In this document: in pieces, positions 34,702-43,580 of the stretch
Numbering within the stretch: the first letter of the stretch is position 1
How the letters are laid out: each line of letters opens with the position of its first letter
From: a bacterium
GTDB lineage: Bacteria > Patescibacteriota > Minisyncoccia > Phycocordibacterales > UBA9973
NCBI GenBank assembly: GCA_037140655.1
Contig: JBAXEA010000001.1
Coordinates: 1-44,518, forward strand
Direction of reading: 5' to 3'
DNA: 44,518 nt
Notes under the pieces: model-generated
What the model saw: only the letters and a program-made list of their open reading frames with translations
Database searches by the model: none
Told to the model about the DNA's origin: nothing
Translations under genes and position numbers: made by a program

Positions 34702-34710
34702 TGTTATAAT
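34702..34710 (+). promoter_or_regulatory. Extended -10 box (TGtTATAAT), 9 nt upstream of the ATG at 34720
   Basis: TGTTATAAT-taaaaaatt-ATG. The spacing is longer than the N6 class. Confidence 0.45.
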
Positions 34711-34719
34711 TAAAAAATT

Positions 34720-35640
34720 ATGAATTGGTTTCTTATAGCATTAGTTGCTCCATTCGTATGGGGAATAGTGAACATCGGTGACCACTATTTGATTTCAAAA
34801 TATTCAGATACGACCAAAGAGCGTAGTTCAGGTGGACTTGTTCTTTTTCCTAGTATGATTGCAGTTTTTGTTGTGTTTTTTATAATGATTTTTAATAATG
34901 GAATTTTTAATATTTCATTAAATGACAAGATTCTGCTTATGCTTTCAGGTGCTCTGACTATCATTTGGATGGTTTTATATTTATATGCACTTGAGATAGA
35001 AGATACTTCGGCTATTGTTCCCTGGTTCTTAACTGTGCCTGTTTTCGGTTTTGTTCTAGGTTATTTCTTTTTGGGAGAAACTTTAAATATAAAACAATTG
35101 ATTGGATCTATTGTGGTCCTTATCGGCGTCGCTTTAGTTTCATTTAATTTTTTTGATAAAGAAAAAAAGACCAAAAGAAAACCAGTTTTTTATATGCTGA
35201 TTGCATGTTTTATTCTCGCTGTGTCTGGAGTTATTTTTAAATTTGTAACAGTTGAAGGTAATTTTTGGGTATCTTCTTTTTGGGAATATTTTGGTTTAGG
35301 ATCTACTGGTTTTTTGATTTTTCTTTTTATTCCAAAATTTAGAAAAGAATTTATGCATATGAATAGGACAGGGGGCAGAAAGATTTTTTTCGTCAATATT
35401 GTTACTGAATTTTTAACAATAATGGCAAACCTTGTAACAAATTTTGCATTGTTGCTTGCTCCTGTAGCAATGGTTTATCTTGTAGGTAGTTTCCAGCCAG
35501 CTATTGTTCTGTTTTTGACCATAATAGGAACTAAATTCCTGCCCCATATTATAAAAGAAGATATTTCTAAGAAAACTTTAGTTCCTAAGATTATTGCAGT
35601 TGTGTTGATGACAATAGGTAGTATTATATTATTTTTATGA
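34720..35640 (+). CDS. EamA/DMT-superfamily membrane transporter
   Basis: 306 aa with about 10 TM segments in two halves. The TGA stop overlaps the next ATG (ATGA). Confidence 0.7.
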   Translation: MNWFLIALVAPFVWGIVNIGDHYLISKYSDTTKERSSGGLVLFPSMIAVFVVFFIMIFNNGIFNISLNDKILLMLSGALTIIWMVLYLYALEIEDTSAIVPWFLTVPVFGFVLGYFFLGETLNIKQLIGSIVVLIGVALVSFNFFDKEKKTKRKPVFYMLIACFILAVSGVIFKFVTVEGNFWVSSFWEYFGLGSTGFLIFLFIPKFRKEFMHMNRTGGRKIFFVNIVTEFLTIMANLVTNFALLLAPVAMVYLVGSFQPAIVLFLTIIGTKFLPHIIKEDISKKTLVPKIIAVVLMTIGSIILFL

Positions 35641-36494
35641 TAGTATGTAATCCAATGACTCAAATAGTCGATTATAATGAAATAATGTCTGACCGAAACA
35701 AATTTAATGATTTTGTTTATACTCCGTTATCAGAAGCACTTAAAATTTTAGAAGAAAGACAGAAAGATACAGAATTAGTTAAAAAAGTTGAGGATTTATT
35801 GAATGGAGATATTCCAGAATTTTTCAAAAAAAATAATAAATGTGGTGTGCACTTTAGACAGATTGCTACTCCAAACAATGAAGCTAAGAAGTTTTTAAAA
35901 ATTGCAAAAGATTTTGATATGTTGCCAGTTTTTATGGAGTATCACAGTGATAAATTCTCTTCAAATAATCCATTTAAACGTTCTCTTGGTCAGTTGAATA
36001 TGGAAGGTCCACTAAATAAAATAAATGAGTATAGATTTGAAAAGATTAGTATTATGGACTTCAATAAACATAATGGTAAATCTTTAAAAGAAGTTGTGAC
36101 TCATTGGAACGAGCCCTTAATTGATTTTCATAAGGGGCTTTTTGTTGTGTCTGGATTAGATGATAAAGATTGTCATTTTTTTGATACATCAGAATGGATA
36201 AAGAATCATGGTGGTAAACCCGAGCTTTATTATAAAAATTTTTTACTATTTTTTACTTGCCATGGAATTTTGTTTGAAAATTTTTTAAATTCAAAAAATG
36301 GAGAAGGGGACTTTACAAAAGATGTTATCTTGCCGGCTATAGAAGAAATTATGAAATTAACTGGGGTTAAGCCTTTGATTGTCCCTACTGACCCACTTGA
36401 TATGGAAAGTGATAATTATTGGACACTATATCATCCTGATACTAAAATTTTGATAAATAAAAAATTAAATAAAGAGGATAAGTTTGAGAAATAA
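35637..36494 (+). CDS. Hypothetical protein, paralog A of the 36850 gene
   Basis: It aligns end to end with the 36850..37647 product. Shared blocks are YTP.,EA, LNGDIPE, TP..E..FL, DKF, DFNK..GK, L(I/V)DFH, SEW.K..G..P..YY, FT...ILP, G.KP.IV and YW. I recognise no family. Confidence 0.6.
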   Translation: MIVCNPMTQIVDYNEIMSDRNKFNDFVYTPLSEALKILEERQKDTELVKKVEDLLNGDIPEFFKKNNKCGVHFRQIATPNNEAKKFLKIAKDFDMLPVFMEYHSDKFSSNNPFKRSLGQLNMEGPLNKINEYRFEKISIMDFNKHNGKSLKEVVTHWNEPLIDFHKGLFVVSGLDDKDCHFFDTSEWIKNHGGKPELYYKNFLLFFTCHGILFENFLNSKNGEGDFTKDVILPAIEEIMKLTGVKPLIVPTDPLDMESDNYWTLYHPDTKILINKKLNKEDKFEK

Positions 36495-36524
36495 ATTATA
36501 TATTAGTATAATATAAGAATAAAC

Positions 36525-36872
36525 ATGAAATTAAATAATACAAATTTTAGGCATTCTTTACTGACTATTTTTTTGTTTCTTTCATTGTCGGTGATTGTAT
36601 TTTTTTGTTTTTACCACTTTTTTATAAAGAATACTTTTGAAGTAACAAAACAGGTTCCTTGTGATCCTGCTGTTGATTCATGCTTTGTTTCAGATTGTGA
36701 CACGAATGATTCAACTTGTGATACAACTACGACATATAAAAAAATTAAAGCTCCTTCAAAATACGCAGGTTCAAATTATGAAAACTTTACTTGTGAGGCA
36801 GGAAATCCTAATTGTGAAATAATTACTTGCAATGATTCTACTGTAGAGGATGGAGAAAAATGTTTTAAATAA
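36525..36872 (+). CDS. Small membrane-anchored/secreted cysteine-rich protein
   Basis: An N-terminal hydrophobic segment (LLTIFLFLSLSVIVFFCFYHFF) precedes 8 Cys arranged C-x6-C-x4-C-x6-C ... C-x6-C-x4-C-x10-C. TATAAT/TATAAG boxes lie at 36507..36517. Confidence 0.55.
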   Translation: MKLNNTNFRHSLLTIFLFLSLSVIVFFCFYHFFIKNTFEVTKQVPCDPAVDSCFVSDCDTNDSTCDTTTTYKKIKAPSKYAGSNYENFTCEAGNPNCEIITCNDSTVEDGEKCFK

Positions 36873-37647
36873 TATTATGGACATATACACTCCAATCGAA
36901 GAAGCAGGGGAGATAATCAGAAAACGCTGGGAAGACAAAGACTTACGTAAAAGGGTTGAAGAAAAATTAAATGGTGATATACCTGAAATATTAAAAGATG
37001 GACCACATGGGCTTATTTGGCGATGTATTTGTACTCCTGATGGAGAGTTTCAAAGGTTTCTGGATTTGTGTGAAATAGCAAAATTAAAACCAGTTGGTTT
37101 CGAAAATTCACAAGATAAATTTGTGGCTGGTAATTTTACTAAATATGGGTTAACTAAGTTGTCCTTTTCAGATGGATTAGATAAAAATAACAACAATATT
37201 GTTATAAAAAAAAGTATTGTCGACTTCAATAAATTTGAAGGAAAAAAAATGTGTGATTTGGAAACTCTTTGGGGTGAAAATTTAGTTGATTTTCACCACT
37301 TCTTTTTAGAATCTATTTTCCCGGTTATGAAAGACAATGTGATTGATATGTCAGAATGGATGAAAAGAAATGGTGAGATACCCAAAAAATATTATTTTTC
37401 AATACTTTCTTTTGCAATTTGTCACACTGTTTATTTTGATGATTATGATTTAATAGAGTCAGAAGAAAGTTTTACTAATGAAATAATATTACCTACATTG
37501 AAAGAAGTAGAAAATTACTTTGGAATTAAGCCAATTATTGTTAAAATATCTAAGGTTGGAGAGCATGAAAAAGATCCTTATTGGTGGTGTTATTCTAAAG
37601 AATCAAAAATTATTATGGATAATCATATAAACGAATATACATGTTAA
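36850..37647 (+). CDS. Hypothetical protein, paralog B of the 35637 gene
   Basis: See paralog A. The start is either 36850 (overlapping the upstream gene by 23 nt) or the ATG at 36877 (MDIYTP.., 4 nt after the upstream stop). Confidence 0.6.
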   Translation: MEKNVLNNIMDIYTPIEEAGEIIRKRWEDKDLRKRVEEKLNGDIPEILKDGPHGLIWRCICTPDGEFQRFLDLCEIAKLKPVGFENSQDKFVAGNFTKYGLTKLSFSDGLDKNNNNIVIKKSIVDFNKFEGKKMCDLETLWGENLVDFHHFFLESIFPVMKDNVIDMSEWMKRNGEIPKKYYFSILSFAICHTVYFDDYDLIESEESFTNEIILPTLKEVENYFGIKPIIVKISKVGEHEKDPYWWCYSKESKIIMDNHINEYTC

Positions 37648-39323
37648 ACTTACTTTCATCAATTTTTATAAAAGACACGTATTGCTTCACTCAATTAATA
37701 GTAAATCAGGTTTATACTCCTGTTTCTCTTATTTTATATTCACATATTCCTACTGCGCTTGTTACTATTTTTGTTGGAGTATTTTTATTTACTCGTAGTA
37801 AAAGTTTAGAGACAAAAATATTTTTCTTTTTATCAATAATATTCTTTTTATTTACTCTTGGTGATTTAGTTGAATGGTTTGTTTTTTTTGGTAGAAATAC
37901 TGTTTTGTTTGCTCGTTCAATGATAGAAATACTAGATATAATGTTGTTTTTATTTTCTTTTTATTTTCTTTTTGTTTTAATAAAAAAAAGAGATGTTCGT
38001 TTTATTTATAAATCATTGTGGTTATTGCCGGCACTTTCTTTTGTTGGAGTTTTGATTTTTTTTATAAGTAAAAATACGTTAAGTTATAATTGGCAGATTT
38101 GTGAGGTTTCAGAAAATGGATTTGTTGGAACTTATGGATATTATGTTGATGTATTTTATTTATTATCCGCGATAATCTTTGCTGTTTGGTCAATAATTAA
38201 AAACAAAAACAACAGAAGAGAAATTTCTATTATCTCAGCTGGGGTGCTTTCTTTTATGATTTTGTTTTTTGTTATGGAATATGTTTTTACTGGATATCTT
38301 TTGGGTGGAGTTTTTGATTATAACTATTTCTTATATGCTTTGTTTGGTATGCCGATATTGATAGGATTTTTGGCTTACCTTATTGTTGAATACAAAACAT
38401 TTAATATTAAACTTCTTGCAACCCAGGTTTTAGTTTGGGGACTTGGAGCTCTTATCGGCGCACAATTCTTCTTTGCCACTTCTACAGAAAATTATATTTT
38501 AATTGCTATTACATTTATCGTCTCAATTATTTTCGGAGATATCCTTATTAAAGCAATTAAGAAAGAAGTAAAACAGAAAGAAGAATTAGCTGCTTTGAAT
38601 ATCGATTTAAGTAAACTTATTCAACAAAGAGAGAGTTTGGTTCATTTGATTACTCACAAGGTTAAAGGTTCTTTCACCCATACGAAATATATTTTTGCAG
38701 GAATATTAGATGGCATGTATGGTGAGCCATCAGATGCATTAAAGAAGGTTGCAAAGTACGGTTTAGATTCTGATGACAATGGAGTTAAAACTGTTGACCT
38801 TATTTTAAATGCCTCAAATCTTCAGAAGGGTACAGTGAAATTTGACTTGAAGCCAATTAATTTTAAAGACTTAGTCACTAGTGTTGTAGATGAGAAAAAA
38901 GAAAGATTTGAAGAAAAAGGTTTGAAATTGAATGTTGATATTAAAGAAGATGAATATAAAGTAAATGGTGATGCATTTTGGTTGAGAGAAGTTGTAAATA
39001 ATCTGATAGAAAATGCACTCCGATATACAAAAGAGGGAACAGTAAACGTCAGTTTAAATAAAGAACTTGCCCGCGATGATGGGAATAACAAAATGATCTT
39101 TTCTGTAAAAGACAGTGGAGTCGGTATCACTCCTGAGGATAGAAAGAATTTGTTTATGGAAGGTGGAAGAGGTAAAGATTCAGTAAAGGTGAACGTGGAC
39201 AGTACTGGTTATGGATTATTTACTGTTAAATTGATCATCGAAGCCCATAGTGGAAAAGTATGGGTAGATTCAGAAGGTGAAAATAAGGGTTCAACCTTCT
39301 TTGTGGAGTTAGATTCTGTATAA
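37641..39323 (+). CDS. Multi-TM sensor histidine kinase with an atypical H-box
   Basis: About 8 N-terminal TM segments are followed by a coiled coil. The phosphoacceptor region reads ..LITHKVKGSFTH.., which is HRVKN-like rather than HELRTPL. The N-box is ..NLIENALRYT.., and ..DSGVGI.. and ..GYGLF.. are present. The ATG overlaps the paralog B stop. Confidence 0.85.
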   Translation: MLNLLSSIFIKDTYCFTQLIVNQVYTPVSLILYSHIPTALVTIFVGVFLFTRSKSLETKIFFFLSIIFFLFTLGDLVEWFVFFGRNTVLFARSMIEILDIMLFLFSFYFLFVLIKKRDVRFIYKSLWLLPALSFVGVLIFFISKNTLSYNWQICEVSENGFVGTYGYYVDVFYLLSAIIFAVWSIIKNKNNRREISIISAGVLSFMILFFVMEYVFTGYLLGGVFDYNYFLYALFGMPILIGFLAYLIVEYKTFNIKLLATQVLVWGLGALIGAQFFFATSTENYILIAITFIVSIIFGDILIKAIKKEVKQKEELAALNIDLSKLIQQRESLVHLITHKVKGSFTHTKYIFAGILDGMYGEPSDALKKVAKYGLDSDDNGVKTVDLILNASNLQKGTVKFDLKPINFKDLVTSVVDEKKERFEEKGLKLNVDIKEDEYKVNGDAFWLREVVNNLIENALRYTKEGTVNVSLNKELARDDGNNKMIFSVKDSGVGITPEDRKNLFMEGGRGKDSVKVNVDSTGYGLFTVKLIIEAHSGKVWVDSEGENKGSTFFVELDSV

Positions 39324-39364
39324 AGCATATTCTAGCACTAGGGGTTTACATTTTTGATTTATTT

Positions 39365-39373
39365 TGTTAGTAT
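39365..39373 (+). promoter_or_regulatory. Extended -10 box (TGtTAGTAT), 7 nt upstream of the ATG at 39381
   Basis: TGTTAGTAT-acaattt-ATG. Confidence 0.45.
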
Positions 39374-39380
39374 ACAATTT

Positions 39381-39902
39381 ATGCAAGACAAGAAAAATAA
39401 AGGTGAAATGTCTATGGATTTGGAAGAAACCAACTCCACAGACCCACGAGTTTACGAAGTAGGCTATCTTTTTGTGCCTACAATTTCCGAAGAGGAATTG
39501 CCTGTAAACTATGGTGATTTAAAAGAATTAATAGCATCATTTGGTGGCAAAATCATTTCTGATGAAATGCCAAAAATGATAAACCTATCATATACGATGC
39601 TGAAAGTTGTTGCGAATGTTCGCAGTAAATTTGATACAGCGTATTTCGGTTGGGTAAAGTTTGAGATGGACCCACAGAAAGTTTTGGAATTAAAAAAGAA
39701 ACTTGATCTAAGTCCAACAATAATCAGATTTTTGATTATTAAAACAGTGAAGGAAAATACAATAGCAACAAAAAGATTTGCTTTCAGAGATTCTACTCAC
39801 AAGAAGCCAGTAGCTAAGAAGGAAGAAGGTGTTTCTGCTGAAAATGTAGAAGTAAATAAAGAAGAGTTAGATAAAGAAATCGACGCGATGATAGCAGTTT
39901 AA
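39381..39902 (+). CDS. rpsF: 30S ribosomal protein S6
   Basis: The ..RVYEVGYLFVP.. core is followed by an acidic/basic C-terminal tail. The start is uncertain. 39381 fits the leaderless pattern, and the ATGs at 39408 and 39414 are alternatives. 39414 has AGGTGA 7 nt upstream. Confidence 0.8.
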   Translation: MQDKKNKGEMSMDLEETNSTDPRVYEVGYLFVPTISEEELPVNYGDLKELIASFGGKIISDEMPKMINLSYTMLKVVANVRSKFDTAYFGWVKFEMDPQKVLELKKKLDLSPTIIRFLIIKTVKENTIATKRFAFRDSTHKKPVAKKEEGVSAENVEVNKEELDKEIDAMIAV

Positions 39903-39928
39903 TTATTAACTAATTTTTTTAAAAAAAT

Positions 39929-40375
39929 ATGTATTTAAACAAAGCAATCGTAATAGGAAACTTAACTCGCGATCCAGAATTACGCTCACTGCCTTCAGGA
40001 ATAAAAGTTTGCACATTCTCTCTTGCCACAAATCGTGTTTGGAAAGATAAGAATGGAGCAAAACAAGAGTCAGCTGATTATCACAATATTGTGGTTTTCG
40101 GAAGACAAGCAGAAACAGTTGCTCAATATATGAAGAAAGGAAATTCAATGTTGGTCGAAGGAAGAATGCAAACAAGAAGTTGGGACGATAAAACAAATGG
40201 AGAGAAAAAATATCGTACTGAAATTGTTGCAGACAGAACACAGTTTGGACCAAAGGGAACAGGATCAGCTCCATCGACAGGTGGACAAGCAGGACCTGCT
40301 AAGGCTTCAAATGAAGAGATGGACCAAATAGAGTACCCAGAAGAAGATATTAACCCAGAAGATATACCATTTTAA
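39929..40375 (+). CDS. ssb: Single-stranded DNA-binding protein
   Basis: MYLNKAIVIGNLTRDPELR.. is the OB fold, and the acidic tail ends ..DIPF. Confidence 0.95.
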   Translation: MYLNKAIVIGNLTRDPELRSLPSGIKVCTFSLATNRVWKDKNGAKQESADYHNIVVFGRQAETVAQYMKKGNSMLVEGRMQTRSWDDKTNGEKKYRTEIVADRTQFGPKGTGSAPSTGGQAGPAKASNEEMDQIEYPEEDINPEDIPF

Positions 40376-40388
40376 TTAACAAATATTT

Positions 40389-40589
40389 ATGAAACAAGAT
40401 TATTTTTCAGCAAACAATATAAAACATATAGACTATAAAGATACAGAAATTTTAAAGAAATTTTTGAATCCAAATGGAAAGATAGTAGGCCACAAGAGAA
40501 CAGGCGTTACTTCAAAGAATCAAAGACAATTGGCTCTTGCCGTAAAGCATGCTCGATTCCTTGGGTTACTTCCATTCGTAGCTAGATAA
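40389..40589 (+). CDS. rpsR: 30S ribosomal protein S18
   Basis: ..IDYKDTEILKKFL..GKI..KRTGVTSKNQRQLALAVKHARFLGLLPF.. is present. The rpsF-ssb-rpsR order is classical. Confidence 0.95.
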   Translation: MKQDYFSANNIKHIDYKDTEILKKFLNPNGKIVGHKRTGVTSKNQRQLALAVKHARFLGLLPFVAR

Positions 40590-40591
40590 AT

Positions 40592-40656
40592 CCCGTAGTG
40601 AGTTTTGATGAAGCACGAAGTGCGTCTGAAAGACATCATCAAAATCTACTACCAGG
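40592..40656. repeat. Family-A structured palindromic element, copy A5 (inverted orientation)
   Basis: CCCGTAGTGAGTTTTGATGA ... TCATCAAAATCTACTACCAGG. Inner hairpins are GTCT-ttc-AGAC and GCAC-ttc-GTGC on the complement. It starts 2 nt after the rpsR stop. Confidence 0.8.
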
Positions 40657-40670
40657 ATAAATTTAAAAAT

Positions 40671-40712
40671 AAAGGCCGCCCTTCCGAAAGGAAGGGCGGC
40701 CTTTTGCTTTTT
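40671..40712 (+). terminator. Strong rho-independent terminator of the rpsF-ssb-rpsR operon
   Basis: GGCCGCCCTTCC-gaaa-GGAAGGGCGGCC followed by TTTTGCTTTTT. Confidence 0.85.
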
Positions 40713-40720
40713 GTGCAAAT

Positions 40721-40757
40721 AAAAAAGCCTTCCAAGATTGTGTCTTGAAAGGCTTTT
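40721..40757 (-). terminator. Rho-independent terminator of the 829-aa gene
   Basis: The minus strand has GCCTTTCAAGA-cacaa-TCTTGGAAGGC followed by TTTTTTATTT. Confidence 0.7.
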
Positions 40758-40781
40758 GATTTTATATTTAAAAAAGTATTA

Positions 40782-43271
40782 TTACTTTTTTATCACTTTT
40801 GTCATAGAGGTTTCATTTCCTTTGGTAACTAGGACAGTATATGTCCCAGAACTTAGGTTAGAAGTTTCTATTTCAATATTATTTTTTCCAATGTTCTTTA
40901 AAATTTCTTTTCCAGAAATATCATACAAAATAATTGTATGTGATTCTTTGTCAGAAAATTTAATGTTCAATTTATCATTGAATGGATTTGGATAAATAAC
41001 ATTTTCATCATCTTTAGCCACAGAAAGAATTCCTGTGGTGTTATTGTAATAAGCGTGAACTGGGTTTGAAATATTTGAACAACCAAAGCTGTTCATTACT
41101 TCAGCTTTATACCAGCCTGACATATTAGCAGTATAATATCCACTTGTAGCTCCATTTATCAAATTATTATAGTAGTACCATTTATAGGTATCACCAGTAA
41201 ATTGATGACAAACAGCTAAAGCTGTATCGTTCCAGATTGTTATAGATGCATCAGGTTTTTGTATCATTTGTACATGAACAGGAATTGCATCTTTAGAACA
41301 ACCGAAGCTGTTTATTACATTACCATACACCATACCGGTCCAGTTTACCTGAATAGATTGAGTAACCATTCCGCCATTATTCCAGAAATAAGTATTACCT
41401 ATTCCAGAATTAAGAGTTAATGTCGTACTACTTCCTTCACAAAATACTGTATCACCAGTAATTTTTGCATTAGGCAAAGGATTAATTATTACATAAACTG
41501 TATCAGTTTCTGAACATCCGTCCATATTTGATATTGTTACAAAATATTTTCCACTTTGGTGTATCAAAAGTGTTGTTCCTGTAGTTCCATTATTCCAAAT
41601 TGCTGTTGTTTGTGAAAAGTATGATGTACTACCAACCAAAAGTTGATAATCATGATTTTCATTTTCACAAATTCTTAATGTATCTACAACAGATGTTTGT
41701 GGACTTAATGGGTATCCAGTATTATTTGAGTAAATTACTGGATTCATTTTTTGTGGAGCTCCGACACTTATTGGATAATCATATCCCAATGTACAACCAT
41801 GTGCGTTTACTATACTAACCAAATAATTTCCTTGGTTTGATATTGTATGGTTATGTGAAGTTGTTGTAGTCAATACAGCACCTACTCCATTTTTCCAAAT
41901 AAACATATCAGAATTTGTTCCAGATATATTTATTGTAACCGGAGTGTTTCCACATCCTAGTGTAGGATTAGATGGACTTACCTGGATATTTCCTGGTTTT
42001 GCCCAAACATGTATTGTTACAATTTTATCAGCTAACCAATTACCTGAAATACTATCTAATATAGTAAGTTTTATGTAAGTAGTCGTAGCTTGATTGTAAG
42101 CTATGTCCTGATTTACATTTGCACCAGACAAATTTCCTTGTGCCCATGGCGTGTCCCATAGATATAATAAACCATTACTGATTGTAGATGTATTTATTAT
42201 GTGCAGGTAACCACCTTCACATAAATCTGTTGTAGTAACTGTAAAATCAGCTACTGGTGGAACTGTTATTGTTTGACCAGCAGGTGAAGCTACCATTCCA
42301 ACTGGATATGTGATGGCTGATTGCATTCCAATTCCTGTATAACTTACAAGTGTTTTTATGTTTCCATAAAAAGATGGATTTACATTTGCATAAATATCAA
42401 ATATTTTTGTGACACTTGAAGATACTACAATTTGGCTCCCAGTAAAAATAACATTACTAGGACTAACATTTGCAATTACATTTCCTAAAGTTATGCCAGA
42501 ATTTCCGTCTACAATGGTTAGATTGTGGATTTGATTTAGTGGATACGCATTTGGCGTAAAGTTTAAAAAACTTATTTGCAAAGATGTAACTTTAATATCT
42601 TCATTGCCACAATTGTTACTTATGGTATAAGACCCAATTTTAGTCCATGTGGTATTACTAGGTAATACTTGATCAGAATAATTCCAATTTCTTGAAAAAT
42701 CTAAACCATAACATGGATTAGTAACAGTAATGATTTGTCCTGGAGTATCTGCTTGAGAAGTTCCAGAAGGACACCATGGTAAACTTAATCCAAAATGTAC
42801 GGAAGTACCACTGTAATTAAAAGATGTTTGTACAGTTCCACCGACATTACCAACATTTACAAAAACATTTATTTCCTTTGTTGCTCCAGGCAGTAAAGTA
42901 TCTGTGCATAAAAAAGAATTGTTCCAATTTACATTGGTTAAGATTGATCCTATCGTTTGTCCTGCACATTGTATTGACAGGTTACTAAGATAAAGACAAT
43001 TAATTGTTGTACTGTTGGGTGGATTTACGATCGTCAAAAACAATTGTGATGTTACGATTGTATCGTTTGTATTATTTGTAACATGATACGAAGCGATTTG
43101 ACAATTTGTTTGGTTTGGAGATACTGTTTGGTTAACAAAATTTGGATTTAAATTTATTGTTAATCCAGTGCAGGTTGTTCCTGTTGTTGTAACTTGTGCA
43201 CTTACATTACTACTTGTTCCAGCCATAATAATTATGGCGAACATTACTAAGCTTAAAAATACTTTTTTCAT
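40782..43271 (-). CDS. Secreted multi-domain protein with tandem Ig-like Cys-bounded modules and a T9SS (Por) type-A C-terminal sorting domain
   Basis: The signal peptide is MKKVFLSLVMFAIIIMAGTSSNVSAQV. Four modules are bounded by C..G at the start and (H/D/F)GC(S/T) at the end. The C-terminal ..VIYPNPFNDKLNIKF..ILYDISGKEI..LSSGTYTVLVTKGNE..KVIKK matches the TIGR04183-type CTD pattern. Confidence 0.8.
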   Translation of the reverse strand: MKKVFLSLVMFAIIIMAGTSSNVSAQVTTTGTTCTGLTINLNPNFVNQTVSPNQTNCQIASYHVTNNTNDTIVTSQLFLTIVNPPNSTTINCLYLSNLSIQCAGQTIGSILTNVNWNNSFLCTDTLLPGATKEINVFVNVGNVGGTVQTSFNYSGTSVHFGLSLPWCPSGTSQADTPGQIITVTNPCYGLDFSRNWNYSDQVLPSNTTWTKIGSYTISNNCGNEDIKVTSLQISFLNFTPNAYPLNQIHNLTIVDGNSGITLGNVIANVSPSNVIFTGSQIVVSSSVTKIFDIYANVNPSFYGNIKTLVSYTGIGMQSAITYPVGMVASPAGQTITVPPVADFTVTTTDLCEGGYLHIINTSTISNGLLYLWDTPWAQGNLSGANVNQDIAYNQATTTYIKLTILDSISGNWLADKIVTIHVWAKPGNIQVSPSNPTLGCGNTPVTINISGTNSDMFIWKNGVGAVLTTTTSHNHTISNQGNYLVSIVNAHGCTLGYDYPISVGAPQKMNPVIYSNNTGYPLSPQTSVVDTLRICENENHDYQLLVGSTSYFSQTTAIWNNGTTGTTLLIHQSGKYFVTISNMDGCSETDTVYVIINPLPNAKITGDTVFCEGSSTTLTLNSGIGNTYFWNNGGMVTQSIQVNWTGMVYGNVINSFGCSKDAIPVHVQMIQKPDASITIWNDTALAVCHQFTGDTYKWYYYNNLINGATSGYYTANMSGWYKAEVMNSFGCSNISNPVHAYYNNTTGILSVAKDDENVIYPNPFNDKLNIKFSDKESHTIILYDISGKEILKNIGKNNIEIETSNLSSGTYTVLVTKGNETSMTKVIKK

Positions 43272-43491
43272 TTTAAAAATTTAAATGTGTTTTTTTTGAA
43301 AATTGGTCTTCTCGCGAAACCCGACGTTCTCATTACACAAAAGAGTATAAAGAGCACACTAGAAAGAAGGGAACTTCCGTCCAAAGTGCTCTTTGTACCT
43401 AAAATTAAAAAAATGACATTAAAATGTCAAAAAACACTGATTTACAATAGTATATCATACTTTGGGAAAAAGTCAAGGTGTAATAGATTCG

Positions 43492-43535
43492 CCCCTAAAC
43501 CCGGCTTAGGGGGTTCCCCTAAGCCGGGTTTAGGG
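43492..43535. repeat. Family-B GC-rich palindrome, copy B2
   Basis: CCCCTAAACCCGGCTTAGGGG-gtt-CCCCTAAGCCGGGTTTAGGG. Confidence 0.8.
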
Positions 43536-43552
43536 ATATTTTTTTGGAAAAC

Positions 43553-43580
43553 AAAAAACCGACCAAAAGGTCGGTTTTTT
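43553..43580 (-). terminator. Rho-independent terminator of efp (bidirectional shape)
   Basis: AACCGACC-aaaa-GGTCGGTT is flanked by A-runs and T-runs. It lies 10 nt after the efp stop. Confidence 0.85.

Noticed and set aside
39399-39406. AAAGGTGA upstream of rpsF as evidence that the genome uses Shine-Dalgarno sites.
   Set aside because: It is the only SD-like sequence I found near a start. Its spacing fits only the third ATG (39414). All other inspected starts lack GGAGG-like sequence, so it may be coincidental.
39906-40274. 122-aa minus-strand ORF antisense to ssb, together with similar antisense or alternative-frame ORFs (413..622, 3142..3336, 3896..4192, 5706..6022, 6423..6671, 9453..9701, 12551..12820, 13430..13833, 15210..15713, 26371..27207, 38822..39130, 40738..40995, 41600..41818, 43621..44123).
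   Set aside because: These are shadow ORFs inside strongly supported genes. They have low-complexity or hydrophobic nonsense translations and no start-site signals.
40782-43271. That the whole contig is from Bacteroidota (T9SS sorting domain, absence of SD sequences).
   Set aside because: The promoters are canonical extended -10 TATAAT, not the Bacteroidota TAnnTTTG type. The window also has GFTxxE prepilins, pilB/pilC, a T-box, and a reduced CPR-like gene set with tiny intergenic gaps. A misassembled segment cannot be excluded without coverage data.
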